From the NCBI GenBank assembly GCA_963823665.1, contig CAWGMQ010000006.1, forward strand, positions 736,001 to 800,000: a stretch of DNA of 64,000 bases, in the 5' to 3' direction. Both the position numbers and the translations under genes were made by a program. This document shows, piece after piece, positions 1-10,384 of this stretch. Every line of letters begins with the position of its first letter. Within the stretch, counting starts at the first letter, position 1. The notes under the pieces were generated by a model. That model saw only the letters and a program-made list of their open reading frames with translations, did no database searches and was not told where the DNA came from. The stretch comes from an uncultured Planctomycetota bacterium. GTDB lineage: Bacteria; Planctomycetota; Planctomycetia; Isosphaerales; Isosphaeraceae.

Positions 1-1606
1 TAGCCAGCTCGTGGAAGCGGCGGCGATCGTCTGAGTCCAACAAGTCAGTGCTGATCTCGATCGTGCGGTTCATGGACTGATGACGGTCGGACGGGTTGGC
101 TCGGTCGAGCGAAAATACACCCTTCTTATCCAGAGCACCATTGATGTAGTTGAGGGCCCCCTGCACGGTATCGCCGAAAGTCATGCGGAGCCGAAGCGCT
201 GAGCCGGCCAGGTCCAGCAACAACGGCCACTTGCCTAACCGGTTGGCAAGCGCGTGGAACGCACCGAGGTCCGCGCCGGGCTGATCCAGCCGATTGGTGA
301 GCATCGCAGCCGACTCGTCGAGCGACATCGTGTCGACGTCCACCCGATGGGCGTTCGCTGCGACCGTCATCCGACGCGTCGTGACCAACCGAGCGCTTTT
401 CCTGCCTCCGCGCAGGAATGGGCGCAGATGGGTTACTTCCCAGACGTCGTCGAGTACGATCAAACAGGTCCGGTTCTCAAGCTCTGCGGCTAACTGCCCC
501 GACGCGTCCTCGATGTCGATGAATGCCGGGCGATCGCCGGTTAACGCGGCGTATAACTTCAACAGTCCGCCGAGCACGTCAGGCTTCTGGCCGAGCGTGA
601 TCCAAAGGACTCCGTCGCCAAATGCGGCCCGCACCTCTTGGTCGTGGCACAGGGCGGCCGCCAGGGTTGTCTTCCCCAGCCCACCGGCGCCGCGCAGCGC
701 GGTCGTAATGGCGACCGGCTCCTCGCGGTCGCAAGCCAACAGGAGATCGCGGAGTCGGCGGTACTCAACGTGCCGCGCGACGAGGGCGGCGGGCAGTTCG
801 GGGGCCATGAATGGAACACCAACCTGCGAACGGGCAAAATCGTCAGAGATCCAGTTCGCCCGGACCTTCTCCACCATCGCAACTCGGTTCCGTTCGGCGC
901 CCGCACCGGGCCTCCGAGATGGGGCGGTCGAGGGACCGACCAGCACGACCTTTGCGGCGTCTACAGAGCCCTTGCGGCAGTACAACCGAGGCTGCTGATC
1001 CTCTGGGACTTGAAGGTTCATAAGCGAATTCTTGCCCAGATCGAAAGCCTCCTGGATACTGCGGCCGAAGCCCAAGCCCCGGTAGAAACTAGCGGTGAAC
1101 GCAATCGCCGCCCCGTCGGTGATTGACCCCCTCATGCCGATCGTGAAAGGAATCATCTCGGCGAGGGCCTCTGCAATCGACTCGGAGTGGCACGCGCTGA
1201 GGAACACGAGTTGGAGGTTGTCTTTGAGCACGCCGAGAAGGTGGAACAAAGCCGCCTCGCTCAGCGGTTGGGGCTGTCCACCTTCACACACCAGAATCAG
1301 TTGCGCGACTTGGTCCTTGCCGCTGACGATCATGTCTCGCCCAGAAATCGAGGTGCTCGGCGGCGCGGCTGTGGTCGGCTCGCACCGAGTGCCATGGCCG
1401 CTGAAGTGCAAAATGTGAGGGTTGTGCTGCAGCAACAATTGCTGCAGATCGTCGGGCCGTACAGCCCAGGCAGAGATAATCTCCATGGCGTCACGAAAGT
1501 CGGCCGAGCGGACCTGGGCGGTGATCGCTCGGACTTCCTCGTCCAGTGCCAAGCGGGTTTGCTCTAGAGGGTTGGACGCCAAGAAGAGAACTTTGATATT
1601 TGTCAT
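1..1606 (-). CDS. CHAT (caspase-like) domain + NB-ARC/STAND ATPase protein, runs off the window start
   Basis: Manual translation from ATG at 1606: MTNIKVLFLASNPLEQTRLALDEEVRAI...HILHFSGHG...LVFLSACHS (CHAT His/Cys motifs), then ALRGAGGLGKTTLA (Walker A), CLIVLDDVW (Walker B) and LGKWPLL (GLPL-like). Absent from the ORF track, consistent with no stop codon inside the window. Confidence 0.88.
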   Translation of the reverse strand, partial: MTNIKVLFLASNPLEQTRLALDEEVRAITAQVRSADFRDAMEIISAWAVRPDDLQQLLLQHNPHILHFSGHGTRCEPTTAAPPSTSISGRDMIVSGKDQVAQLILVCEGGQPQPLSEAALFHLLGVLKDNLQLVFLSACHSESIAEALAEMIPFTIGMRGSITDGAAIAFTASFYRGLGFGRSIQEAFDLGKNSLMNLQVPEDQQPRLYCRKGSVDAAKVVLVGPSTAPSRRPGAGAERNRVAMVEKVRANWISDDFARSQVGVPFMAPELPAALVARHVEYRRLRDLLLACDREEPVAITTALRGAGGLGKTTLAAALCHDQEVRAAFGDGVLWITLGQKPDVLGGLLKLYAALTGDRPAFIDIEDASGQLAAELENRTCLIVLDDVWEVTHLRPFLRGGRKSARLVTTRRMTVAANAHRVDVDTMSLDESAAMLTNRLDQPGADLGAFHALANRLGKWPLLLDLAGSALRLRMTFGDTVQGALNYINGALDKKGVFSLDRANPSDRHQSMNRTIEISTDLLDSDDRRRFHELA

Positions 1607-1914
1607 CGCAGGTCGCTCTCGATGTTCATCGAGTTGCCCGGCGGACACTCCCGCGCCGACCCAGCCGGATTTGATTCAGTTTGACGGTGCGGACAAGCCG
1701 TTGGAAGATCTCGGTCCCCTCTTGCCTCCGCGCGGGTCGTTGCTCCTGGCTTGCCGCACCAATGTCCCAGACGGGAACCCGTCGGCAGCGAACGCCCTAA
1801 TCGGATCAGGATCACGAAGCCGATGTGGAATTGATAGGTCAATGGGGCGGCGCGCATGACGTCCAGATTTGAGCGTACTCACGCCTGACCGCGTGCAATT
1901 GATCGCCACTCCCC

Positions 1915-1950
1915 TCCAGGGGGTCAGACCTCCAGGAGGTCAGACCTATT
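1915..1950 (+). repeat. Tandem 16-bp TCCAGG(G/A)GGTCAGACC units (GGGGTCAG REP-like); a further copy at 4181-4200
   Basis: tccagggggtcagacc tccaggaggtcagacc tatt; 1931-1950 matches 4181-4200 with one mismatch. Confidence 0.7.
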
Positions 1951-2198
1951 TTCAAGTTAATTCCCTTCAATCCAGCGGATCGAGCCTCCTGGACGTCAGG
2001 CCAATTCGTAGCCCCGCAAAGGAGTGGTGCTTCTCGCAATTTGCCAAAACGCCGACGACTTCCCTGAACCGATCGTTCGCACCGGCCCGTTTATGGCTTA
2101 CTTGCTGCACTTGCAACAAACGACGAGTTAAGAGGATCGCGCGAACCTGATGATGACGATTGTTTCGCGCGACTCGTGAATTCGGTAGAACTCGCTTA

Positions 2199-2525
2199 TC
2201 ACCGGATGAACGGCTTCACCCCACCAACCTCGCCCGCTTTCATTCGATCGAGAATCTCGCGCGTACCCCGTCCCGCCGACCGGTCCATCCGTTTCGCACG
2301 CTCGATCATCACAGCTTTATCCTCTTCCGAGGGAGGCGTCACTTTTCGCAGGTATTCAACAACTGCTCCGTCATCAGGACACCGGACAGGAATCGGCCCC
2401 GACGACTGCTCGCCCGCAAGCTTGTCAGTCGCCAGGCGCCAGAGCAAGTACTCGCGCTTCTCGGCGGACAGCGTCTCAAGCAGACTGTCCGTTTCTTCTC
2501 GGAGCGACCTGGTCGAATCCGGCAT
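2199..2525 (-). CDS. Small hypothetical protein (acidic, helical; possibly an orphan antitoxin)
   Basis: 108-aa ORF with natural composition and GGAG upstream. Confidence 0.55.
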   Translation of the reverse strand: MPDSTRSLREETDSLLETLSAEKREYLLWRLATDKLAGEQSSGPIPVRCPDDGAVVEYLRKVTPPSEEDKAVMIERAKRMDRSAGRGTREILDRMKAGEVGGVKPFIR

Positions 2526-3013
2526 GTCATGTCTCCTGACTCAACCCCGCTCGAACGGCTTCCCAAAACCATCGCCCGCGGCGATGTGCCCGATCGCGGA
2601 ATCCTTCTGAAATTGTGAGCAAACGACGAGGCGGTCGCAAACTCAGAGGCGCTGGCAATCAACGTGGCGTCGAGCCCGGGGGACACCATTCCCGTGCGGT
2701 GTGCAAACATGATCCTCGACGATAGAAAGACCGAGTCGGTGCGACATGGAAGATTTGGAGAATATCCGCCGCAATATGTAACCGAGAAGAGTGGACACGC
2801 CTCATCACCACTGGGGAGCGTAATGGATTGCGCTCAATTATCCTACGCGCCGTGCTTTCAGGAGTTGCAAAGCCAACGATCAAGGTCGTGCGCTAACCCA
2901 GTTCACCGTAACGTTCTTCCATTTGAAGGGTCGCGAAATCTTCAGCGAGCCGATGGGAAACGGAATCGCGGTAGACCCCTCTCTATGTCTTACACAGTCT
3001 TTACACCAAGGAG

Positions 3014-3796
3014 ATGGTGTCCACAGGCGCACCGGGGATCACCACGGGCCCGACGGACTTCCTGGTCGGTACTTCCAAGGCCGCGTTCATCTTCGCCAAT
3101 CTCGACGGCTCGATCTCAGGTTGGAACGGGAGCGCTAGCTCGACGATCGAGGCGACCGTCCCCGGTGCCTCATTCACCGGGCTGGCGATCGGGAACACCT
3201 CCGGAGGTGCCCCCCAGATCTACGCCGCCGACCAGAACAGCGGCAAGATCGACATCTTCAATAGCAACTGGCAAATGACAGGAACCATTTCGGACCCGCA
3301 TTTTGCGAAGTTCCCCGCCGGCTATGCCGTATTCAACGTCCAAAACCTCAGCGTCAACGGGAAACAGACCATCTTCGTCACATACGCGAATCAGTCGACC
3401 CGGGGCGGCATCGTGGATGAATTCAGCACCAACGGCACGTTCATCAAGACGCTGATCTTCGACCCGAGAGGGATCCATCTGGACGCTCCCTGGGGGCTCA
3501 CCGTCGCGCCTGCGGGTTGGGGCCGGTTTGGCGGCGACCTTCTCGTCGGCAACAACAACCCAAACTCCGCCGGCCTCACGGAGATCAATGCCTATAATCT
3601 GAAGACCCGAGCGTTTGCCGGCACGTTGAAGCTCAATCACCATCAGCGTTTTTCCGAAACCGAACTTTGGGCAATAAGCTTCGGCAACGGGGCGGGCGCA
3701 GGTTCGACCGACACGCTCTTTTTCACCGCCGGGCTGCCCAACAACACGGACGGCCTCTTCGGGGCGATCTCGGTCGTGACTCCGCCCCCTGGCTGA
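3014..3796 (+). CDS. TIGR03118-family secreted beta-propeller protein, apparently lacking its N-terminal part
   Basis: FIFANLDGSISGWN, FTGLAIG, LDAPWGLTVAP, FGGDLLVGN, LFFTAG...GLFG motifs; the usual N-terminal LVNPWG segment and signal peptide are not seen. Confidence 0.75.
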   Translation: MVSTGAPGITTGPTDFLVGTSKAAFIFANLDGSISGWNGSASSTIEATVPGASFTGLAIGNTSGGAPQIYAADQNSGKIDIFNSNWQMTGTISDPHFAKFPAGYAVFNVQNLSVNGKQTIFVTYANQSTRGGIVDEFSTNGTFIKTLIFDPRGIHLDAPWGLTVAPAGWGRFGGDLLVGNNNPNSAGLTEINAYNLKTRAFAGTLKLNHHQRFSETELWAISFGNGAGAGSTDTLFFTAGLPNNTDGLFGAISVVTPPPG

Positions 3797-3904
3797 ACTC
3801 GGCCGTAGAGATCGTTGGCCCAGGGGGGTTGGCCTGAGACTCGACGACAGTCTCGACGTCGCCGCAACGGGCAGCTACGAGCTTTTCGCCGTCAAGCACG
3901 CGAG

Positions 3905-4110
3905 CAAGTCGCATTCGGATAACGGTACGGGTGCCCTGATCTGCCAGGGTCAGGCACCCCTCCACCGGCCGATCGGCGCGGCGCTGGCACGCAACGGCGA
4001 TTTGCCGATAACCAACGGCGACGCGGTCAACGTTAATGCGAACCAACCGAGTGACCTGATCGAGTGTTCGCCCGACCGTCAGTTCTTGGGCGGACTCCCC
4101 CCTGAAGGCT
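3905..4110 (+). pseudogene. Degenerate fragment of an NHL/beta-propeller-type secreted protein
   Basis: Translates as PLHRPIGAALARNGDLPITNGDAVNVNANQPSDLIECSPDRQF, resembling propeller blades; no start or full ORF. Confidence 0.4.
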
Positions 4111-4200
4111 GAAGGCTAGGACACGCATTGCGATATTGACAAGAATCTCCGGTCCGGCTACATCGCGACCACTAACAACGTCCAGGGGGTCAGACCTATT

Positions 4201-4450
4201 ATGCGCCGCGTAGAAGGTGTTGGTCTTCAGTGGGTGCAATTCCCACCCGACAACGTGGTCGCTCGAGCCGGTAGCTATCGAAGCGACGAGGGAAGGAAAC
4301 GAAACCCAGCCTTCGAGACAGACGGGTCGATTGGCGACTCGGCGAACCGACAGGCCGTAATAACCAGTAAACGTTGAGCAGGCCTCGAAACGACCAATGT
4401 GGACGCCGACCTTGCATTAGGATGGGGAAGGCCGTTGCCGCTCGGTACAG
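4201..4450 (+). mobile_element. 5' fragment (domain I) of a bacterial group II intron; no RT ORF
   Basis: (A)TGCGCCGCGTAGAAGGTGTTGGTCTTCAGTGGGTGCAATTCCCACCCGACAAC...GCCGGTAGC...CAGGCCGTAA...AACGTTGAGCAGGCCTCGAAA...GCCGACC...GGGGAAGGC resembles 5' ends of bacterial group II introns as I recall them (GUGCG start, here AUGCG). Confidence 0.7.
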
Positions 4451-4618
4451 GGAAACGGCTGGAATAGGCCGGGATCGCGGGATCGGCGGACACCGAACTC
4501 AACTTCATGCCGTTCCCATCAATCCGGGTTCCCGCTCAACGACATCCACGATTCACGGCCGAGAATCAGGGACGGCGACCCCGGAATCCATCCGGTCCAG
4601 GTAAGGCTGGGCACCGAA

Positions 4619-5530
4619 TCAGCGGACGATCGTCAGGCTTGGGATAGCCCGCTCGAGCTCTTCCATCCCAGCATCCGTGACCTTCGTGTAGCTGAGGTCG
4701 AGCCTGGCGAGCTTCGTCAGCCCCCTGAGATGCACCAGCCCGGCATCAGTAACCTTCGTGGCGCTGAGCTTCAGCACATTCAGGCCAATCAATCCCTCGA
4801 GGTGCACGAGCCCGGGGTCGGAAATCTCGGTGCCGCTGAGATCGAGTTCGGAGAGGTTCTTCAATCCCTCGAGCCTTGCGAGCCCAGCATCGGTTATCCG
4901 TGTATAGCCGACATGGAGTCTAGTGACGTTGGGTAGCTTTTCCAGATGCGCCAGCCCCGCGTCGGTGATCAGAGTACGGTGGAGCAAGAGTCCCCTGAGA
5001 TTGGTCAGGCCGTTCAGTTGTGCCAGCCCCGCGTCGCTCACTTCCGTCCAGTTGAGATCGAGGTGGGTGAGGTTTGTTAGCCCATTCAGATCCGCAAGGT
5101 TGGCGTCCCTGACGGTGGAAGCCACGAGCTCCAGTTTCTGCATTCGTGGGAGGCGCCTGACTGACTTGAGCGCCGCACCGAAAACCTCCCGGTCCTCGTC
5201 GGTGGTGTCCCGGCGATAGCGACTGCGCGGGAACAACTCGACAACCGTGACCCCACCGAAGTAGTCGACTCCGATGAAATCCACGATCTGCCGAGGCGCG
5301 CGAGGTTGCCCACCCGGAATCGTCTCGCCGTCGCACCACTCCCAGTCATACCTCACCGAGCCGTCGGCTCTCCGGATGGTGTGGACGATATCGCGCTGAA
5401 TGTTCGCGGTGCGCACCGGCCAGTAAAGGCTGCCACCGACCACAAGGACGAGAACGATCAGCCCGCGCACGCGGAACCGCAGCCATCGTCGCCAGCGAAG
5501 GAAGAGAGTTCGCGCTCGCACGGCGGTCAT
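4619..5530 (-). CDS. Membrane-anchored leucine-rich repeat (RNI-like) protein
   Basis: RRWLRFRVRGLIVLVLV anchor, GSVRYDWEW segment, ~24-aa repeats LxxLDLxxTxVTDAGLxxL. Confidence 0.9.
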   Translation of the reverse strand: MTAVRARTLFLRWRRWLRFRVRGLIVLVLVVGGSLYWPVRTANIQRDIVHTIRRADGSVRYDWEWCDGETIPGGQPRAPRQIVDFIGVDYFGGVTVVELFPRSRYRRDTTDEDREVFGAALKSVRRLPRMQKLELVASTVRDANLADLNGLTNLTHLDLNWTEVSDAGLAQLNGLTNLRGLLLHRTLITDAGLAHLEKLPNVTRLHVGYTRITDAGLARLEGLKNLSELDLSGTEISDPGLVHLEGLIGLNVLKLSATKVTDAGLVHLRGLTKLARLDLSYTKVTDAGMEELERAIPSLTIVR

Positions 5531-5908
5531 TCCACGGCAGACCCCCCCGAGTCTTGCCTCTCTCGCTCGTCCCTATCGCCTCCGTCAGTCCATGCTCCAC
5601 CATATACGGCGCGCCACGAAACCTCCAGCGAATCGAGTACGCCAGAATCGTGCGGACTCGACGGACACCCTAGTCAACCCCGAAGCGTTCCCTTCAGTCT
5701 GGGTTCCCACTCAACCCCGGCCTCGTGCCACGCGAACACACGCTGTGGATCGACGAACTCGCCGTGTCAACCAAGCGATCGGGCCCGGTTCGGTTCGCTC
5801 CGCTCTCCCACGCAAGCGATTTCGAACGAGACCCCGCGCCGAGCGTTGGCTCGATGCACGGCCCCCCACAGCGGACCGCGCAGGTTCTCGTCGAGCAGAT
5901 TGCAGCAA

Positions 5909-6823
5909 TCAGCACTTCAAGGTCTTCAAGTACGCGACGCTTTCCTTTGTGAGCTGCCAGGTTTGCTCGACGAAGTAATTCTTGACGCCGGCTGCCTTGG
6001 CCGCCGTGAAAGTCTTCACCCAATCGATACTGCCTTTACCCAGGGCGACCTGGGGACGCCGCGCGCCGCGTCGACCCTGCGCGTTCTCTTTCCGCGCGGG
6101 AGCGGGAAGCGGGGCGTTCATGTCGACGTCTTGTAGATGCATCGAGATGAAGCGGCCGGGGTATTTCGTGAAGTATTCGGCGGCGACCAGGCCGGCCGTG
6201 ATCGTCGACATTTGAAACTGGAATTTGACGAGCTTGGGATCGAGTAAATCGAAGAGCCGGTCATACGTTCGTTTGCCATCGACAATCGAGAGCTCGAAGC
6301 CCTCGTTGTGCAAGCCCTGCTGGATGCCGGCCGGGGCCGCCACATCGGCGATCTTGTTGTACTCTTCCGCAGCTCGCTTTATCTGGTCGAGCGTGGGGTT
6401 ATTGCCGCCGTTACCGTCACCCAGAGTCGCGGTGATCATCTGCGTGATGCCGACTTCCTTCGCCCATTCGATGCTCTTTGATTGGCTCTTTCGTAGCTCG
6501 GGCATGCTGAAGTGAGAGCTCTCGGCGCGTATGCCATGATCGGCCAGGATCTTCTTGACTTCGCTGCCGCTCGCGAGCGACGCGAAGTCGGAGCCGTAAC
6601 CGATCGGCGAGCACAGCTCCAGGCGCGTCACGCCGATCTCGGCCATTTGCCGGGCGAATTCAGGCAAATCCTTGAGCATCGAGCGCAGGGGATAGACCTG
6701 GCTTCCGATCGGTAGATCGAGCGGATTTGCCCGGACGTAGGCCGCATGAGCGCTCAGGAGCGAGGCCGCGCCGGAACAGGCCGCTGCCCTGACCATGAGC
6801 TCTCGCCTGGTGATCGCAGTCAT
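5909..6823 (-). CDS. Tat-exported sugar phosphate isomerase/epimerase (xylose isomerase-like TIM barrel)
   Basis: TRRELM twin-arginine signal; GLHNEGFE, SMHLQD, GKGSIDW, YFVEQ motifs. Confidence 0.85.
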   Translation of the reverse strand: MTAITRRELMVRAAACSGAASLLSAHAAYVRANPLDLPIGSQVYPLRSMLKDLPEFARQMAEIGVTRLELCSPIGYGSDFASLASGSEVKKILADHGIRAESSHFSMPELRKSQSKSIEWAKEVGITQMITATLGDGNGGNNPTLDQIKRAAEEYNKIADVAAPAGIQQGLHNEGFELSIVDGKRTYDRLFDLLDPKLVKFQFQMSTITAGLVAAEYFTKYPGRFISMHLQDVDMNAPLPAPARKENAQGRRGARRPQVALGKGSIDWVKTFTAAKAAGVKNYFVEQTWQLTKESVAYLKTLKC

Positions 6824-7400
6824 GCGTATCGCTCCTCTTGATACCCGGTTGCAGGATTCGGCGACCGTGCGCCTGGCAAATAGGCCAACGCTCCGAGCCG
6901 ATCAGAGCTTCGGCGCTCGTTGGTTTTCATGGGAGAAACCTCGGACTTTCCCCGGGGAAGTGCGGTGGGAACAGTTTGGCCGGACGCTCTACGGCATTTT
7001 CAGGGGCGGGTTGTGATGAGTCAACATGGGAGTGGGTGATGGTTGAGTGGCGGGCACCCCACGCGGCGGGCTCGGTTCGCTGCGCCGTGAGGTTACGGGA
7101 TGTGAGGTATTGCCCCGCTGATTACTAACCAGAGCAGAATAAGCGCAACGTCCACGACAGCCAGAGCGAAGGCACCCCGGGCCAGAGCACAACAATCGAG
7201 GCGGTCACGTGAAACACCAAGTCCTGCCTTCTCTCTGGTGGCAAATCCGGCGAGGCAACGTGGCGGGTGACCGCGGAGGTAACCGGCTTGATCCATATAT
7301 CCGCAGCCCCCGTCTAACAACCCATCCAGGCGGACCGGCCTGCAAGATCTCGATTCTGGAACACCCAAGAAAAGGGCTTCAGACCTTGTTGGATGGTTAA

Positions 7401-8428
<1,028 letters not shown>

Positions 8429-8689
8429 GTGCTTCGTCCTCTCGAACGAGTGGCATGATCTCATCCCCTCTCGGACGCGCGGATCAGAGAATGCCGAGCG
8501 AAATTGCCCGCATACGCTTGCGATTCGAAATAATAGCAGCGTATGCTGATTAATCAAGACGCGCCAAGATGGAGACCTTCAGATGGCGGAGAAAATCCAG
8601 CCCGGTCGATCGGCGTGACGTCGACCCTCACCAGCAGACCGCGCGGCCTCGACAGAACACAGGCCAGTCCCAAGAGGAGGTAAGGACCA

Positions 8690-9433
8690 ATGGTACGAGT
8701 CGCCCTGATCACGGGAGCCAGCCGGGGAATCGGTGCGGCAACCGCATTGGTACTGGCCGAACACGGGTACCGGGTGGTCGTGAACCACCGCGCCAGTGCA
8801 CCACAGGCCGAGGAGGTGGTGGCGACCATCGCCGCGGCCGGCGGCGAAGCCGTGGCGATCAAAGCCGACGTCACCGTGCCTGAGGACGTCACCGCCATGG
8901 TCAATGAAATCGATCAGCGGTGGGGTGGGACGGACGTGCTCGTGCACAATGCGATGACGCCGTTTGCCATCACCTCGTTCGCCGAGCTGACCTGGGAGCA
9001 GCTCGGCGGCAAGCTGGACAGCGAGCTGCGTGCCGCGTTCCTTGTAACGAAGGCCGTGGTGCCGGGAATGGTTTCGCGCCGATACGGCCGGCTGATCTAT
9101 CTGAGTACCGGGCTGTCGCGTCGTGCGCGTGAAGGGATGATCACGCTGGGCACCGCCAAGGCGGCCCTGGACCAGTTTGTGCGGTACATCGCTTTGGAGC
9201 TGGCAGCGCACGGGATCACCGCCAACCTCATCGCACCGGCCACGGTGGAGGGAACCAGGGTAACCGAGCAACTTACAGCCGAGCGGATGCACGAGCTCGC
9301 GGCGGCCACGCCGATGGGACGCCTGGTCCGTCCCGAGGATATCGCCAAGACGGTGGCGTTCCTGGCTAGTGAGGATTCCGGTTTCACCACCGGCCACTAC
9401 CTTCCGGTCAACGGCGGCCTTGCAATGGACTGA
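8690..9433 (+). CDS. Short-chain dehydrogenase/reductase (SDR)
   Basis: TGASRGIG NAD(P)-binding motif, VHNA, PMGRL, VNGG; the catalytic YxxxK reads LGTAK. Confidence 0.9.
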   Translation: MVRVALITGASRGIGAATALVLAEHGYRVVVNHRASAPQAEEVVATIAAAGGEAVAIKADVTVPEDVTAMVNEIDQRWGGTDVLVHNAMTPFAITSFAELTWEQLGGKLDSELRAAFLVTKAVVPGMVSRRYGRLIYLSTGLSRRAREGMITLGTAKAALDQFVRYIALELAAHGITANLIAPATVEGTRVTEQLTAERMHELAAATPMGRLVRPEDIAKTVAFLASEDSGFTTGHYLPVNGGLAMD

Positions 9434-9486
9434 ACGCAGCGAGCGCGAGCGCACTGTCCGGGATTCGGAGAAAGGCTATTCCGCCG

Positions 9487-10353
9487 ATGCACACGATCGA
9501 CCTGGCCTACGTAGGGCGTGGTATCCACGAAGAACTGGTCGCGTATGTGGCCGATCAGGAGGGATATTTCGAGGATGAAGGTGTGCACGTCGCCGTCCGC
9601 GACGGAATCAGGTGGAAGACCGAGCGCCTGCGCGGTGGCGCCACCATCGGTTTGGGCCGGGCCTTGTTGTCGCGGCTGACCGATGGCATCCCATGGAATG
9701 TGCTGGCGGTCAACACCCATCGTCCGCTGTTCTGGTTCCTCGGGCGTGGCGAGGTGAAATCCATGGATGATCTGCGCGGGCGCCGATTGGCGATCCACGC
9801 ACCCCGCACCGCACCCGGCTGTTTCGCGCGGATCGTGCTGCGCAAGCACGGTCTCGATCCCGATCGCGACGTGCAGTGCGTCGTACGAGCCCCGGGTGAC
9901 TACCAGATGGATCTGCGGGGCCTTCGCGACGGTTCGATCGATGCGGCCTACGTGGGCAGCACATTAGCGCCCGAACAGGTCGCCGGTGAGGAGGGCTTTT
10001 CGGTCCTGTCCTGGGTCGGCGACCACTTCCAGATCCCCACCGTGGGAATCGCCGTGGACCCCACTCGTATCCCGCTCGAGGACCCGGCGCTGCAGGCGCT
10101 GGTGCGGGCCAACCGGCGAGCCCTTCTCACGATCGCCGAACGACCCCAGTTGGCAATCGACTACATCGCGTCGTTCCTCGACCGGCTGACCCGCGATGAA
10201 GTAGAGCGATACTACGAGCGCTACATCGGCCCATACTTCACCTCCGACGGTCGGGTAGACCCGAGCGTCGCCCAGCAGGCCGTCGACGCGGTCGCGACCG
10301 AACTCGGCGTCGCCGCGGCATCCGTTGATCAGATCTACCAGCCCGCCCTGTGA
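9487..10353 (+). CDS. NMT1/SsuA-like ABC substrate-binding-fold protein
   Basis: EGYFEDEGVHV, DLRGRRLA, LRKHGLDP, LRDGSIDAA; no signal peptide and no transporter genes nearby. Confidence 0.8.
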   Translation: MHTIDLAYVGRGIHEELVAYVADQEGYFEDEGVHVAVRDGIRWKTERLRGGATIGLGRALLSRLTDGIPWNVLAVNTHRPLFWFLGRGEVKSMDDLRGRRLAIHAPRTAPGCFARIVLRKHGLDPDRDVQCVVRAPGDYQMDLRGLRDGSIDAAYVGSTLAPEQVAGEEGFSVLSWVGDHFQIPTVGIAVDPTRIPLEDPALQALVRANRRALLTIAERPQLAIDYIASFLDRLTRDEVERYYERYIGPYFTSDGRVDPSVAQQAVDAVATELGVAAASVDQIYQPAL

Positions 10354-10384
10354 CCGCTGCCGCGACGACTCAGTGATTGCCGTC

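Noticed and set aside
254..1567. Several long + strand ORFs
   Set aside because: They are antisense shadows of the CHAT-NB-ARC gene, as expected in high-GC DNA; the same applies to most overlapping ORFs in the track.
4201..4620. Active retroelement, retron or DGR
   Set aside because: No reverse transcriptase ORF, no intron domain V/VI and no template/variable repeat pair with adenine-specific differences were seen.
7000..7400. Possible small membrane protein on the minus strand
   Set aside because: Only a short hydrophobic stretch, with no convincing start or family motif.
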